Made by a program: the position numbers and the translations under genes
The notes under the pieces: model-generated
Databases searched by the model: none
The model's input: only the letters and a program-made list of their open reading frames with translations
Told to the model about the DNA's origin: nothing
Assembly: GCA_034521815.1 (NCBI GenBank)
Contig: JAXHLW010000013.1
Span: 1,568,001-1,632,000, forward strand
Reading direction: 5' to 3'
Source: Trueperaceae bacterium
Lineage (GTDB): Bacteria > Deinococcota > Deinococci > Deinococcales > Trueperaceae
Length of the DNA: 64,000 nucleotides
In this document: piece after piece, positions 18,108 to 27,475 of the stretch
How the letters are laid out: each line of letters opens with the position of its first letter
Numbering within the stretch: the stretch's first letter is position 1

Positions 18108-18905
18108 CTAGCTGCCGTTGCCCGCCACGCCGAGCACGTCCCGCAGCACCTCGACCTGCCTCAGGAGCTCCGTTTCGTCCCGTCCGTACTCGAGCGTGAG
18201 CGCCCACGGCGCGGTCGCCCACAGCATCTCCTGGACCAGCCGCACATCCACGTCGCGGAGCGGCTCGTGCGCATCGACCAGAACGCCGTCACGAAGGCGC
18301 GGGCCGCTCACGTGGAGCTGGCGCACGCGCTCCAACGGAAGCCCCGCGAGGTAGGTGGTGACGTCCACGCCCTGCCGGTCGGCGCTCACCTGCGCATGGG
18401 CGAGATCCAGCAGCAGGTACGTGTCGGACGCCTCGATCAGCTCGCGGACGAACGCCGGCTCGCAGATGTGCGCGTACGCGCCGGTCGGCTGGTCGTCGAG
18501 ATTCTCGAGCAGCAACGGAACCTCGATCAGGTCGGCCAGGGCACGAACGTTGCCGGTCATCGCTTCGAGCGTCTCGTCGCGGCTCAGCGGCGGAGAGGTC
18601 GGCCGCATCCCGTCGTCGTACGCGACCGTCGCCGCGGCGAAGCCGATGTGCACGCTGAGCCAGGGCGCCCTCGTCTGCGCGAGTCGGCGCATCGTCACCG
18701 CCACGACGTCGTCCTGCGAGAGGGCGTCCGGATGCGCCAGCGACCAGTCCCACACGGCGTTGTGCAGCAGGAACGGCCGCTGCGGGAACGCCGCGACGGC
18801 GCCGTCGACGTGGGGGCCGCTGGTCTCGAGAACGACGGTGTCCAGCAGGCCCCGGTGGGACAGCGATCTGGCGAGCGGAGTGTCGTTCACGGCCAAGGTG
18901 ACCAT
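18108..18905 (-). CDS. DUF692-family multinuclear non-heme iron oxidase-like protein
   Basis: WLSVHIGF, LLLENL, LLLDLAHA, QLHVSG, DAH, TLEY metal-ligand pattern. Confidence 0.8.
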   Translation of the reverse strand: MVTLAVNDTPLARSLSHRGLLDTVVLETSGPHVDGAVAAFPQRPFLLHNAVWDWSLAHPDALSQDDVVAVTMRRLAQTRAPWLSVHIGFAAATVAYDDGMRPTSPPLSRDETLEAMTGNVRALADLIEVPLLLENLDDQPTGAYAHICEPAFVRELIEASDTYLLLDLAHAQVSADRQGVDVTTYLAGLPLERVRQLHVSGPRLRDGVLVDAHEPLRDVDVRLVQEMLWATAPWALTLEYGRDETELLRQVEVLRDVLGVAGNGS

Positions 18906-19006
18906 GGCCGAACCGTATCGCGGAACGGGCGCCTGGGATCACGGCCGCGCGTCGCGGCGTCGGCCGATTGACGGATCCTCGACGAGACGGGCGGTACGAA
19001 GGAGCC

Positions 19007-19507
19007 ATGACGAACCGACCCCGACCGACCCTGCTCCTGGCGGCCATCACGATGCTCGCTGCGCTCGCTGCCTCGATCGTGCTGGGACAGGACCGGACGC
19101 AGACCGAGGAGCGACCGCCCGGACAGGATCCGCCGCGCGACGAAAAGATCGCGTTCGAGGCGTCGCTGGACTTCGCGCAGGTCGAGAAGGTCGTCGTCAC
19201 CGTCGCGGACGACGGGACGTACCGTTTCTCCGTCACGGTCCGGCACCGTGACGAGGGCTGGGACCACTACGCCGACGTCTGGGAGGTCTACGACCCCGAA
19301 TCGGGCGAGGTTTTGGGGACGCGCGAGCTGGCCCACCCGCACGACACCGAGCAGCCGTTCACGCGCAGCCTGAGCAGCGTCCGGATACCCGGCGGCGTGC
19401 GCTTGGTGGCCGTCCGTGCCGCGTGCAATGTCCACGGCTTCGGGGGTCGCGAGGTCGCCTTGGACCTCGACACCGAGGAGGGCGACGGGTACGAGGTTCG
19501 TCGCTGA
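19007..19507 (+). CDS. Secreted conserved hypothetical protein with His-rich putative metal site
   Basis: Signal peptide; VRHRDEGWDHYADVWEV, LAHPH, EQPFTRSL, ACNVHG. Confidence 0.75.
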   Translation: MTNRPRPTLLLAAITMLAALAASIVLGQDRTQTEERPPGQDPPRDEKIAFEASLDFAQVEKVVVTVADDGTYRFSVTVRHRDEGWDHYADVWEVYDPESGEVLGTRELAHPHDTEQPFTRSLSSVRIPGGVRLVAVRAACNVHGFGGREVALDLDTEEGDGYEVRR

Positions 19508-19573
19508 GCATGGCGGCCCGGCAAACCTCGGCACACCCCGGCATGCTCTACGCTGATGGTGAAGGGACGTGCC

Positions 19574-19759
19574 ATGGACCTCATGAACATCGTCAACATC
19601 GCCGTACTGATCATCGTCGTGTACGTGGCGCTTCGTGTCGGCGCCGTTCTGCTGAAGGTGCTTCTCGGGCTGATCGCGATCGGGTTGGCCGTCTGGCTGA
19701 TCGCCGGCCTGTTCGGGGGCGTGCCCGTCGGCGCATCCGCCGCGACGGTCTGGTGGTAG
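19574..19759 (+). CDS. Small two-TM membrane protein
   Basis: 61-aa hydrophobic ORF with SD-like GAAGGGA. Confidence 0.6.
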   Translation: MDLMNIVNIAVLIIVVYVALRVGAVLLKVLLGLIAIGLAVWLIAGLFGGVPVGASAATVWW

Positions 19760-19771
19760 GACATTCGGCTG
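19758..19771 (+). promoter_or_regulatory. Putative activator box AGGAC-ATTC-GGCTG upstream of hemN
   Basis: 23 nt upstream of TACCCT (19795-19800), which is 5 nt before the hemN GTG; only the left half-site is good. Confidence 0.45.
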
Positions 19772-19805
19772 GCGCACGGAGGCGGCGCTGCGGGTACCCT
19801 GACGT

Positions 19806-21227
19806 GTGGATTCTCGTGACGACCCGCGTACGCCCGGCGGGCCGGATGTTCCGTTGCGCGTAACGTTCGAACAGACGCAGCGCTACGACCGCCCCGGGCC
19901 GAGGTACACCTCCTATCCCACCGCCGTCGAGTTCGACGAGGCGTTCGGCGCCGACGCGTACACGGACGCGCTCGAAGCCGCGCGCACGACGGACGCGCCG
20001 CTTTCGCTGTACATGCACCTGCCGTTCTGCGCGGAGCGCTGCCTGTACTGCGCCTGCAACGTCGTGATCACGCCCCACACCTACGTGGCCGAGCCGTACC
20101 TCGACTACCTGGAGCGCGAGATGGACCTCGTCGTCGACCGGCTCGGCTCGTCCCGGCCGGTGGCGCAGCTGCACCTCGGTGGAGGCACGCCCACCTACTT
20201 CTCGCCTCGGCAGCTCGACGACCTGATGGAACGGCTGGGCCGGCGCTTCGCGTTTTCTCCCGACGCCGAGAAGGCGCTGGAGGTCGATCCCCGCGTCACG
20301 ACCCGGGAGCACCTCGCGACCCTCGCGACGCACGGCTTCAATCGCCTGTCGCTGGGCGTGCAGGACTTCGACCCCACGGTCCAGGCGTCGGTGAACCGGA
20401 TCCAGTCGGTCCAGCAGACCCGCGACCTGATGGACGCCGCGCGAGAGCTGGCTTTCGGATCGCTGAACATCGACCTGATCTACGGTCTGCCCCACCAGAC
20501 GCCGGCGTCGTTCGCGCGAACCGTCGCCCAGGTCGCCGAGCTGCGACCCGACCGGCTCGCGGTCTACTCGTTCGCGCTGGTGCCGTGGCTGAAGCACCAT
20601 CAGAAGCAGCTCCCCCACGAGGCGCTGCCCTCGCCCGAGACGAAGCTGGAGCTGCTCCTCACCGCACGCGAGGGGTTGATGGGCGCAGGCTACCTGGACA
20701 TCGGCATGGACCACTTCGCGCTGCCCGACGACGAGCTGGCTCTGGCGCAGCAGGACGGCCGGCTGTGGCGCAACTTCATGGGGTACACGACCGTGCGGGC
20801 GCCCGACATGGTCGGACTGGGCGTGTCGGCGATCGGCTCGGTCGGGGGCACGTTCGCGCAGAACGAGAAGAAGCTGAGCCGCTACTATCGGGCGCTGGAC
20901 GAGGGGCGCCTGCCGATCGAGCGCGGCTACGCCCTGACGGCCGACGACCTGGTTCGCCAGCACCTGATCCGGGAGTGGATGAGTCAGTTCCGGGTGGACA
21001 AGGCCGACGTCGAGCGGCGCTTCGGCATCGACTTCGATCGCTACTTCGCAGGCGAGCTCGCCACGCTGTCGCGCGACTTCGTACCCGAGGACCTGGTCCG
21101 TCTGGAGCCGGACGCGATCGTGGCCCAGCCGCTGGGCAGGCTGTTCCCCCGCAACGTCGCGATGGTGTTCGACGTCCACCTCCGGGCGCGCACGTCGGAC
21201 AAACCGATGTTCTCGAGAACGGTGTGA
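19806..21227 (+). CDS. hemN: Oxygen-independent coproporphyrinogen III oxidase
   Basis: GPRYTSYPTA, HLPFCAERCLYCAC, GGGTPT, IGMDHF, RNFMGYT. Confidence 0.95.
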   Translation: MDSRDDPRTPGGPDVPLRVTFEQTQRYDRPGPRYTSYPTAVEFDEAFGADAYTDALEAARTTDAPLSLYMHLPFCAERCLYCACNVVITPHTYVAEPYLDYLEREMDLVVDRLGSSRPVAQLHLGGGTPTYFSPRQLDDLMERLGRRFAFSPDAEKALEVDPRVTTREHLATLATHGFNRLSLGVQDFDPTVQASVNRIQSVQQTRDLMDAARELAFGSLNIDLIYGLPHQTPASFARTVAQVAELRPDRLAVYSFALVPWLKHHQKQLPHEALPSPETKLELLLTAREGLMGAGYLDIGMDHFALPDDELALAQQDGRLWRNFMGYTTVRAPDMVGLGVSAIGSVGGTFAQNEKKLSRYYRALDEGRLPIERGYALTADDLVRQHLIREWMSQFRVDKADVERRFGIDFDRYFAGELATLSRDFVPEDLVRLEPDAIVAQPLGRLFPRNVAMVFDVHLRARTSDKPMFSRTV

Positions 21228-22648
21228 GCGCCAGCGACCGCGACGGACCGCGCGTCGTGATCGTCGGTGGCGGGATCTCGGGCCTGGCCACGGCGTTCCG
21301 CGTGCGCGAGGCCCTGCCCGGCGCCTCGCTGACCGTGCTCGAGAAGCAGCCCGACGCCGGCGGCATCGCCCGCAGCGACGCGGTCGACGGCTACGTCGTC
21401 GACCGCGGCCCGAACGGCTTTCTGACGAACGTGCCCGAGTCGGTCGAGCTGGCGCGCGCGTTGGGCCTGGAGGACGATCTGGCCCCCGCCACCGACGCGG
21501 CCCGGCACCGCATGCTGTACCAGCGGGGCGAGCTCCGCTCGCTCCCGACCGGACCGGCCGCGTTCCTCACGACCGGACTGCTCTCCCCTGTGGCCAAGGC
21601 GCGCGTCGCGCTGGAGCCGTTCGTCCGTCGGGCGCCGCCGGACGTGGACGAGACCGTGCACCGCTTCGCCCAGCGGCGGCTGGGCCGCGCGTTCGCCGAC
21701 GCGTTCATCGCGCCGATGGTGCTGGGCATCACGGCCGGCGACGCCAGGCTCACCAGCGTAGGAGCGTTGTTCCCTCGCCTCAAGCGCCTCGAGGACGAGC
21801 ACGGCGGTCTGTTCCGGGGGATGCTCGCTCGGCAGCGCGAGGCCCGCGCCCAGCCCGACAGCGCGGGCGGTCCCGCCGGGCCGGGCGGTCGGCTGACCAC
21901 CTTCCGAGGAGGCGGTATCGAACGGCTGATCGACGCGCTGCGCGACGATCTCGGATCGATCGTGCGCACCGGACACGAGGTCACGCGAATCGTGGCCGAC
22001 GCCGGCGGCGACGGCGACAGCGACGGTGCGCGCTACCGTGTCGAGCTCGACGTCGGCGACGTCGTCGCGGCCGACGTGCTGATCGTGGCCACACCCGCCT
22101 TCGTCGCCGCGAAGCTGCTGGCCGACGTCCTGCCGGAAGCGAAGGACGATCTCGAGGCGATCCCCTACGCCGGCGTGCGGGTCCTGGGACTGGGCTACGC
22201 CCGCGAGCACGTACCGCGTCCGCTGGACGGGTTCGGCTTCCTGGTGCCACGCGGCCAAGGCGTCCGCATCCTGGGCTGCCTGTGGACGTCCACGCTGTTC
22301 CCCTGGCAGGCGCCCGAGGGCAAGGCGCTGCTGCGCGTCATCGCGGGCGGCGTGCCGGATCCCGAGTTCGTGCAGCTGAACGACGACGAGGCGCTCGCGG
22401 TGGTCCAGCGCGACCTGGAGACCACCATGGGCATCACCGCGGAGCCCGAGATGGTCCACCACGTACGCTGGGAGAAAGCGATTCCGCAGTACTGGCAGGG
22501 GCACCGCGAGCGGGTGGCGCGCATCATGGCGGCCGCAGGCGCGCGTCCCGGCCTGCTGCTCACGGGAAACGCGTACTACGGCATCGGCGTGAACGACTGC
22601 GCCCGTGACGCGAACCGCGTGGCCGAGGCGGTCAGCGCCTCGGCCTGA
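21224..22648 (+). CDS. hemY: FAD-dependent protoporphyrinogen oxidase (HemY family), copy 2
   Basis: GTGA overlap with hemN; IVGGGISGL, RGPNGF, GFGFLVP, AIPQY, TGNAYYGIGVNDC. Confidence 0.9.
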   Translation: MSASDRDGPRVVIVGGGISGLATAFRVREALPGASLTVLEKQPDAGGIARSDAVDGYVVDRGPNGFLTNVPESVELARALGLEDDLAPATDAARHRMLYQRGELRSLPTGPAAFLTTGLLSPVAKARVALEPFVRRAPPDVDETVHRFAQRRLGRAFADAFIAPMVLGITAGDARLTSVGALFPRLKRLEDEHGGLFRGMLARQREARAQPDSAGGPAGPGGRLTTFRGGGIERLIDALRDDLGSIVRTGHEVTRIVADAGGDGDSDGARYRVELDVGDVVAADVLIVATPAFVAAKLLADVLPEAKDDLEAIPYAGVRVLGLGYAREHVPRPLDGFGFLVPRGQGVRILGCLWTSTLFPWQAPEGKALLRVIAGGVPDPEFVQLNDDEALAVVQRDLETTMGITAEPEMVHHVRWEKAIPQYWQGHRERVARIMAAAGARPGLLLTGNAYYGIGVNDCARDANRVAEAVSASA

Positions 22649-22684
22649 TCCCGGCCCCACCGCTCCCGCGCGGTAGGGCTTCGT

Positions 22685-22713
22685 GCCTCAGGCCACCGCC
22701 GCCTCAGGCCACC
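22685..22713. repeat. Direct repeat (13 bp, period 16) covering the stop codon of the ADP-ribosylglycohydrolase gene
   Basis: gcctcaggccacc-gcc-gcctcaggccacc. Confidence 0.7.
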
Positions 22714-23477
22714 CCGAAGCGCGCCTCGAACGACGCGACGACCTCGCGCAGGCGGTCGTCGAGACGGGCCAGCGTTTCCGTCCGGATCCGGGCCGGCACG
22801 CCGCCGAAGTACGCCTGGGCGATGCCGCCGGCGATGCACGCCATGGTGTCGGCGTCGCCGCCCAGCGAGATCGCCTTGCGCACCGCGTCCTCGACGTCGT
22901 CGGCCTCGAGGAACGCCGTGATCGAGGGCGGCACCGAGCCTTGGCAGGACACGTCGAAGCCGTAGCCGGGCCGGATCTCGTCCAGGGTCGCGCTCAGGTC
23001 GTAGCCGGCGTCACGCTCGATCGCCTCGCGGACCTCGTCCTTCGAGGCGCCGTGGCGCGCCAGGAAGATCGCCAGGGCGACCGCCTGGGCACCGCGGACG
23101 CCCTCGGGATGGTCGTGGGTGACGGCCGCCGTCTCGGCCGCCTTGGCCCAGGCCTCCTCCTCGCTGGCGGCCGCGAAGCCCACCGGGCTCACCCGCATCG
23201 CGGAGCCGTTGCCCCAGCTCCCGTACGGCTCCCGGCGCCCGTCGCGCGCCCAGCGCAGGAAGTTTCCGCCGTAGCCGGCATGCGGGTAGGCGCGGACGTA
23301 AGCGTGGAACAGCTCGACGAGGTCCGTGCCGTCCAGCAGGTGCTCGGCGACGGCGACGGTCAGGACGGTGTCGTCGGTGAAGCGGCTGTCCGGGACCCAG
23401 AGCGGGAAGGCCGTGCGCTTGGTCCCGGCCCCCTCGTGGACCGAGCCGATGACGTCGCCGGCGATCGCGCCGAGCAC
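22704..23477 (-). CDS. ADP-ribosylglycohydrolase (DraG/ARH family)
   Basis: LGAIAGDVIG, FTDDT, GNGSAMR, THDH, GGDADT. Confidence 0.92.
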   Translation of the reverse strand: MLGAIAGDVIGSVHEGAGTKRTAFPLWVPDSRFTDDTVLTVAVAEHLLDGTDLVELFHAYVRAYPHAGYGGNFLRWARDGRREPYGSWGNGSAMRVSPVGFAAASEEEAWAKAAETAAVTHDHPEGVRGAQAVALAIFLARHGASKDEVREAIERDAGYDLSATLDEIRPGYGFDVSCQGSVPPSITAFLEADDVEDAVRKAISLGGDADTMACIAGGIAQAYFGGVPARIRTETLARLDDRLREVVASFEARFGVA

Positions 23478-23479
23478 CC

Positions 23480-24073
23480 TCAGGCCTCCGTCGGCTCGGC
23501 GGACCTCTCCGCCTGACCCGCCGCACCGTCCTTGGCGCGCCGCAGCTCGCGGACCAGCAGGCGCGACACCGCGGTGTGGCAGGTGCTGCAGGTAGGGCTG
23601 GTCCCCAGGTAGGGCGCGAGGTCGGCGAACGAGGTGGCGCCGTGATCCGCGATGACGCGCCGCACGTCGGCGCTGGTGAGCCGGTGGTCGTCGCACACGT
23701 CGTACACCGCCGGCGGCGTCAGCGACCAGCGATCCGGGTCGGCCTGATGCTCGGCGAACCTGGCGTCCCAGAACGCGCGCTCGAAGTCGACCATGGCCAC
23801 CTCGAACTCGGCCATCCCGCTGGCCAGCGTCCGTCCGTCCTGGGCCAGCCGCTCCTCCTCCTCGAGGAACGGAAGCTCGAAGTCGGCCAGGATGTCGACG
23901 GCGTCGAGCAGGAAGGCGTCGAGCTCGTCACGGCGGGCGCGCAGGTCACGGAGCCGCTCGGGCGTCCACGGCGCCTCGGGGGCCTCCACCATCAGCATCG
24001 GGAGCACCAGCTCCTTGGCGTTCTTGGTGGCGGCGACGGCGGCCTCGATGAAGGCACGCTTGTGGCGGATCAT
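23480..24073 (-). CDS. Hypothetical protein with C-terminal BFD-like Fe-S binding domain
   Basis: VCDDHRLT..VRRVIADHGATSFADL....GTSPTCSTC..AVSRLL follows BFD spacing; SD AGGAG. Confidence 0.65.
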   Translation of the reverse strand: MIRHKRAFIEAAVAATKNAKELVLPMLMVEAPEAPWTPERLRDLRARRDELDAFLLDAVDILADFELPFLEEEERLAQDGRTLASGMAEFEVAMVDFERAFWDARFAEHQADPDRWSLTPPAVYDVCDDHRLTSADVRRVIADHGATSFADLAPYLGTSPTCSTCHTAVSRLLVRELRRAKDGAAGQAERSAEPTEA

Positions 24074-24112
24074 CGGCAGCTCCTCATCGGCAGCTCCTCA
24101 TCAGCAGATCCG
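24071..24112. repeat. 14-bp tandem repeat containing SD + ATG at the hypE/BFD junction
   Basis: Minus strand cggatctgctgATG aggagctgccgATG aggagctgccgATG. Confidence 0.85.
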
Positions 24113-25163
24113 CGGCAGCTGCTCTTCGATCGGCATCTCGAGCAGCCTTCGGCTGCCGTACGCGGTCTCGATCAGCGCCACCCCTTCGGGCTTCTTCACG
24201 ATGTCGCCGATGACGGCGGCCTCGCGCCCCAGCGGGTGCGCCTTCATGGCGCCCAGCGCCGCCTCGGTCTGGTCGGGCGGCACGACCATCATCACCTTGC
24301 CCTCGTTCGCGGCCAGCAGCGGGTCGATGCCCAGCATCTCGCTGTACTGCTCGACGATGTCGTGGATCGGTACGGCGACGTCGAACACGCGCAGCCCGAA
24401 CGCGCGCCGGTGCACGACCTCGTTCGCGACGGCGGCCAGCCCGCCCCGGGTCACGTCCCGCATGAAGCGGACGCCGGGCGCGACCTCCAGGACGCGCGCG
24501 ATCAGGCCGTTCAGCGGCGCGACGTCGGACTCCAGCTCCACGCCCAGCTCCAGCCCTTCGCGCCGGGACATCACCGGCGATGCCGTGGTCGCCCAGCGTG
24601 CCGTTGACGAGCACCTTGTCGCCGGGCCGAATCTGGCCCAAGCCCAGCGTCAGGCCGTCGGGAACGAACCCGATGCCGGCGGTGTTCACGAACAGGCCGT
24701 CGCCCTTGCCGCGTTGCAGCACCTTGGTGTCGCCCGCGACGATCTCGATGCCCGCCTCGTCCGCGGTGGCCTTCATGGAGCGGACCACGCGCTCGAGCTC
24801 GTCCATGTCGTAGCCCTCCTCGAGCAGGAAGGCCGCCGTGAGGTAGGCCGGTCTCGCGCCCATCACGGCCAGGTCGTTCACCGTTCCGGCCACCGCCAGG
24901 CGACCGATGTCGCCGCCGGGGAAGAAGGTGGGCGTCACCGTGTGCGAGTCGGTCGCGAACGCGATCCGCCCGCCCGGGTTGGCCACGATCGCGGCGTCGG
25001 TGAGCTCGCGCAGCGGCTCGTTGCTGAAGACCGAGACGAACAGCTCCTCGATCAGCTCCAGGCTGAGCTTGCCGCCCGAGCCGTGCGCCAGCCGGACGGT
25101 GTCGTACCGCGACGTCGTCTTGGGCTGGGCGGCGGTGGCCGCTCCTTCAGGCGGTTTCGACAT
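24101..25163 (-). CDS. hypE: Hydrogenase maturation carbamoyl dehydratase HypE with one-base frameshift at about 24575 (sequence error or pseudogene)
   Basis: AHGSGG, ATDSHTV.P.FFPGGDIGRLAVAGTVNDL, GDTKV in one frame; MRDVTRGG, ANEGK, EQLPRIC in the next. Confidence 0.9.
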
Positions 25164-26403
25164 GGAGCGTCTCCTTGTGCATGCCGTAGACGTACCAGGC
25201 TCGGCAGGTGCCCTCGTGGCTCACCATGCACGGGCCGTAGGGGGCGTCCGGCGTGCACAGCTTGCCGAACACGCCGCACTCGTCGGGCCGGATCTGCCCC
25301 AGCGTCACCTCGGCGCAGCGGCAGCCCTTGGGATGCTCGGCGCCGGCCAGCTCGGCCTCGTCCAGGCTGTCCGCGAAGCGCAGGGCGGCGCTGTACGACC
25401 GGTACGCCTCGCGCAGCTTGTAGCCCGAGGCGGGGATCTCGGCGATGCCGCGCCAGCGGATCGGGGCGAGCTCGAACACCTCGTTCAGCTCCTGCTTGGC
25501 GCGCTCGTTCCCGTCGTACTTGACCAGTCGCTGGTACGGGTTCGCGACGATCGGCTCGCCGTCGCGGATCTGCTCCAGCAGCGACGCGACGGAGGCCAGC
25601 ACGTCCACGGGCTCGAACCCGCCGGCAGCGCAGGCGATGCCCAGCTCGTTCAGGTGCTCGTACACCCGCAGGCCGGTGATCGTCGCGGCGTGCCCCGGCA
25701 GGATGAACCCCTCGATGTCGAAGCCCTCGAGCTGCGGCAGGATCGCGGTGGCCGGCGGCGTGTAGTAGTTCGCCTCGATGATGCTCAGGTTCGCCGGCGC
25801 GCCGCGCTTCAGCATGGCGGCGACGGCGACGACGGTGGTCTCGAACCCGACGGAGAAGAACACCACCTCGCGGTCCGGGTTCTCGCGCGCCAGCTTGGCG
25901 GCGTCGAACACGCTGTAGACGGCGCGTACGTCGCCGCCCTGAGCACGCGCGTCCAGCAGGCTCATGCGCACGTCGCCGCGGCGCTCGCCCTTCAGGGGGA
26001 TGCTGCCGGGCACGGCCAGCATGTCGCCGAACGAGGCGAGGATCACGCCGGGCGTGAGCGCCAGCTGAATCGCCATGTTGATGTACTCGTTGTCGCACAC
26101 GCAGACCGGGCAGCCCGGCCCGGCGAGCACCTCGACGCTGCTGGGAAGAAGGTCGCGAAGCGCGTAGCGGCCGATCTCGTGCTCGTGCGTGCCGCAGATG
26201 TGCATCAGCTTGGTGGGGCGGCCGATCTCGCCTGCGAGCTCCGCGATGCGCCTCTGCAGGCGCCCGACCAGCTCGGCGTCCTTGTACGTCTCGGGCCGGA
26301 AGTCGAACGCCGGCCCCGCCTGGGGGTCGGCGCTCTGGGCTCCGCCGCTCTGGGTTCCACGGTCGGGCGCCGGCGCGACCGCCACGTCGTCCCTCTCAGG
26401 CAC
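25147..26403 (-). CDS. hypD: Hydrogenase maturation protein HypD
   Basis: CGTHE, GPGCPVC, GFETT, PGH, C-terminal Cys cluster GCRC...C...C...GPCMVS.EGTC. Confidence 0.95.
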   Translation of the reverse strand: MPERDDVAVAPAPDRGTQSGGAQSADPQAGPAFDFRPETYKDAELVGRLQRRIAELAGEIGRPTKLMHICGTHEHEIGRYALRDLLPSSVEVLAGPGCPVCVCDNEYINMAIQLALTPGVILASFGDMLAVPGSIPLKGERRGDVRMSLLDARAQGGDVRAVYSVFDAAKLARENPDREVVFFSVGFETTVVAVAAMLKRGAPANLSIIEANYYTPPATAILPQLEGFDIEGFILPGHAATITGLRVYEHLNELGIACAAGGFEPVDVLASVASLLEQIRDGEPIVANPYQRLVKYDGNERAKQELNEVFELAPIRWRGIAEIPASGYKLREAYRSYSAALRFADSLDEAELAGAEHPKGCRCAEVTLGQIRPDECGVFGKLCTPDAPYGPCMVSHEGTCRAWYVYGMHKETLHVETA

Positions 26404-26626
26404 GGGTCTCGGGCTCCAGGTAGCGCTGGATCAGGCGCAGGTTGGCCTTGGCGTCGTCCGGCTCGATCTTGTCGATGGCGAAGCCGGCGTGCACGACGAC
26501 CCAGTCGCCCGGTTTCAGGTCCTCGATCAGGCCGATGAAGCAGTGTTGCGTCGCCTGGCCCAGTCGGATCGTGCAGCTGTCCTGGTCGATGACGTCGACC
26601 ACCTCGTGGGGAATCCCTAGACACAT
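26396..26626 (-). CDS. hypC: Hydrogenase chaperone HypC/HupF
   Basis: MCLGIP N-terminus, GDWVVVHAGFAI. Confidence 0.95.
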   Translation of the reverse strand: MCLGIPHEVVDVIDQDSCTIRLGQATQHCFIGLIEDLKPGDWVVVHAGFAIDKIEPDDAKANLRLIQRYLEPETRA

Positions 26627-26712
26627 GTCGAGCCTCCAGCTCTGGTGCCGTGCTCGTGAATCTGCAGCCCGTAGACGCCCGACACCCCCGGCGCCCGCTG
26701 GTGGACCGGTGC

Positions 26713-27432
26713 TCAGGCCAGCTTCGCGGCGCGCTGTTCGCGCAGCCAGGCCAGCCAGGGAGCCATGCCTTCGCCCGTCCTCGCGGAGAGCTCGAACAGC
26801 TTGGCGTTCGGGGTGACCTGGCGCACGCTTTCCAGCGCGCGATCGCGATCGAACCCGACCGCCTCCGCGATGTCGATCTTGTTGATGATCACCGCGTCCG
26901 CGTCCTTGAAGATGCGGGGGTACTTCAGCGGCTTGTCCTCGCCCTCGGTGACCGAGAGCATCGTGACCCGCAGGTCCTCGCCCAGGTCCCAGGCGGCCGG
27001 ACAGACCAGATTGCCGACGTTCTCGATCACGACGACGTCGAGGTCGTCGAGGTCCAGGCCGTCCACCGCGCGGGCCACCATCTCGGCTTCCAGGTGGCAC
27101 ACCGCGCCGGTCACGATCTGGACGGACGGCGCACCGGCCCCGTGCAGGCGGACCGCGTCGTTGTCGGTCTCCAGGTCGCCGACGACGACGCCGATGGCGA
27201 GGTCGCTCGCGAGCTCCCGGACGGTGCGCTCCATCAGCGCGGTCTTGCCCGATCCGGGCGAGGAGACGATGTTCAGCACCAGGCGTCGCGCGAACCGGGT
27301 CCGGTTCTCGGCGGCCACCCCGTCGTTGTGGGTCATCAGCGACTTCTGTACCTGGACGACGCGCATGTCCGTGCCCGCGGACGTGCCGTGGGCACGGACG
27401 CGTACATCGCGTGTCGCGACCTTCGTTTCCAT
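26713..27432 (-). CDS. hypB: Nickel-insertion GTPase HypB
   Basis: SSPGSGKT, CHLEA, ENVGNLVCPA, EGEDKPLKYP. Confidence 0.95.
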   Translation of the reverse strand: METKVATRDVRVRAHGTSAGTDMRVVQVQKSLMTHNDGVAAENRTRFARRLVLNIVSSPGSGKTALMERTVRELASDLAIGVVVGDLETDNDAVRLHGAGAPSVQIVTGAVCHLEAEMVARAVDGLDLDDLDVVVIENVGNLVCPAAWDLGEDLRVTMLSVTEGEDKPLKYPRIFKDADAVIINKIDIAEAVGFDRDRALESVRQVTPNAKLFELSARTGEGMAPWLAWLREQRAAKLA

Positions 27433-27475
27433 CAGGCGACCTCCCTCTTCGTCGTTGGCCCCATCATGTCACCTC

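Noticed and set aside
22704-23477. Nitrogen fixation implied by a DraG-like gene
   Set aside because: No nif or draT genes are present, and the family is widespread outside diazotrophs.
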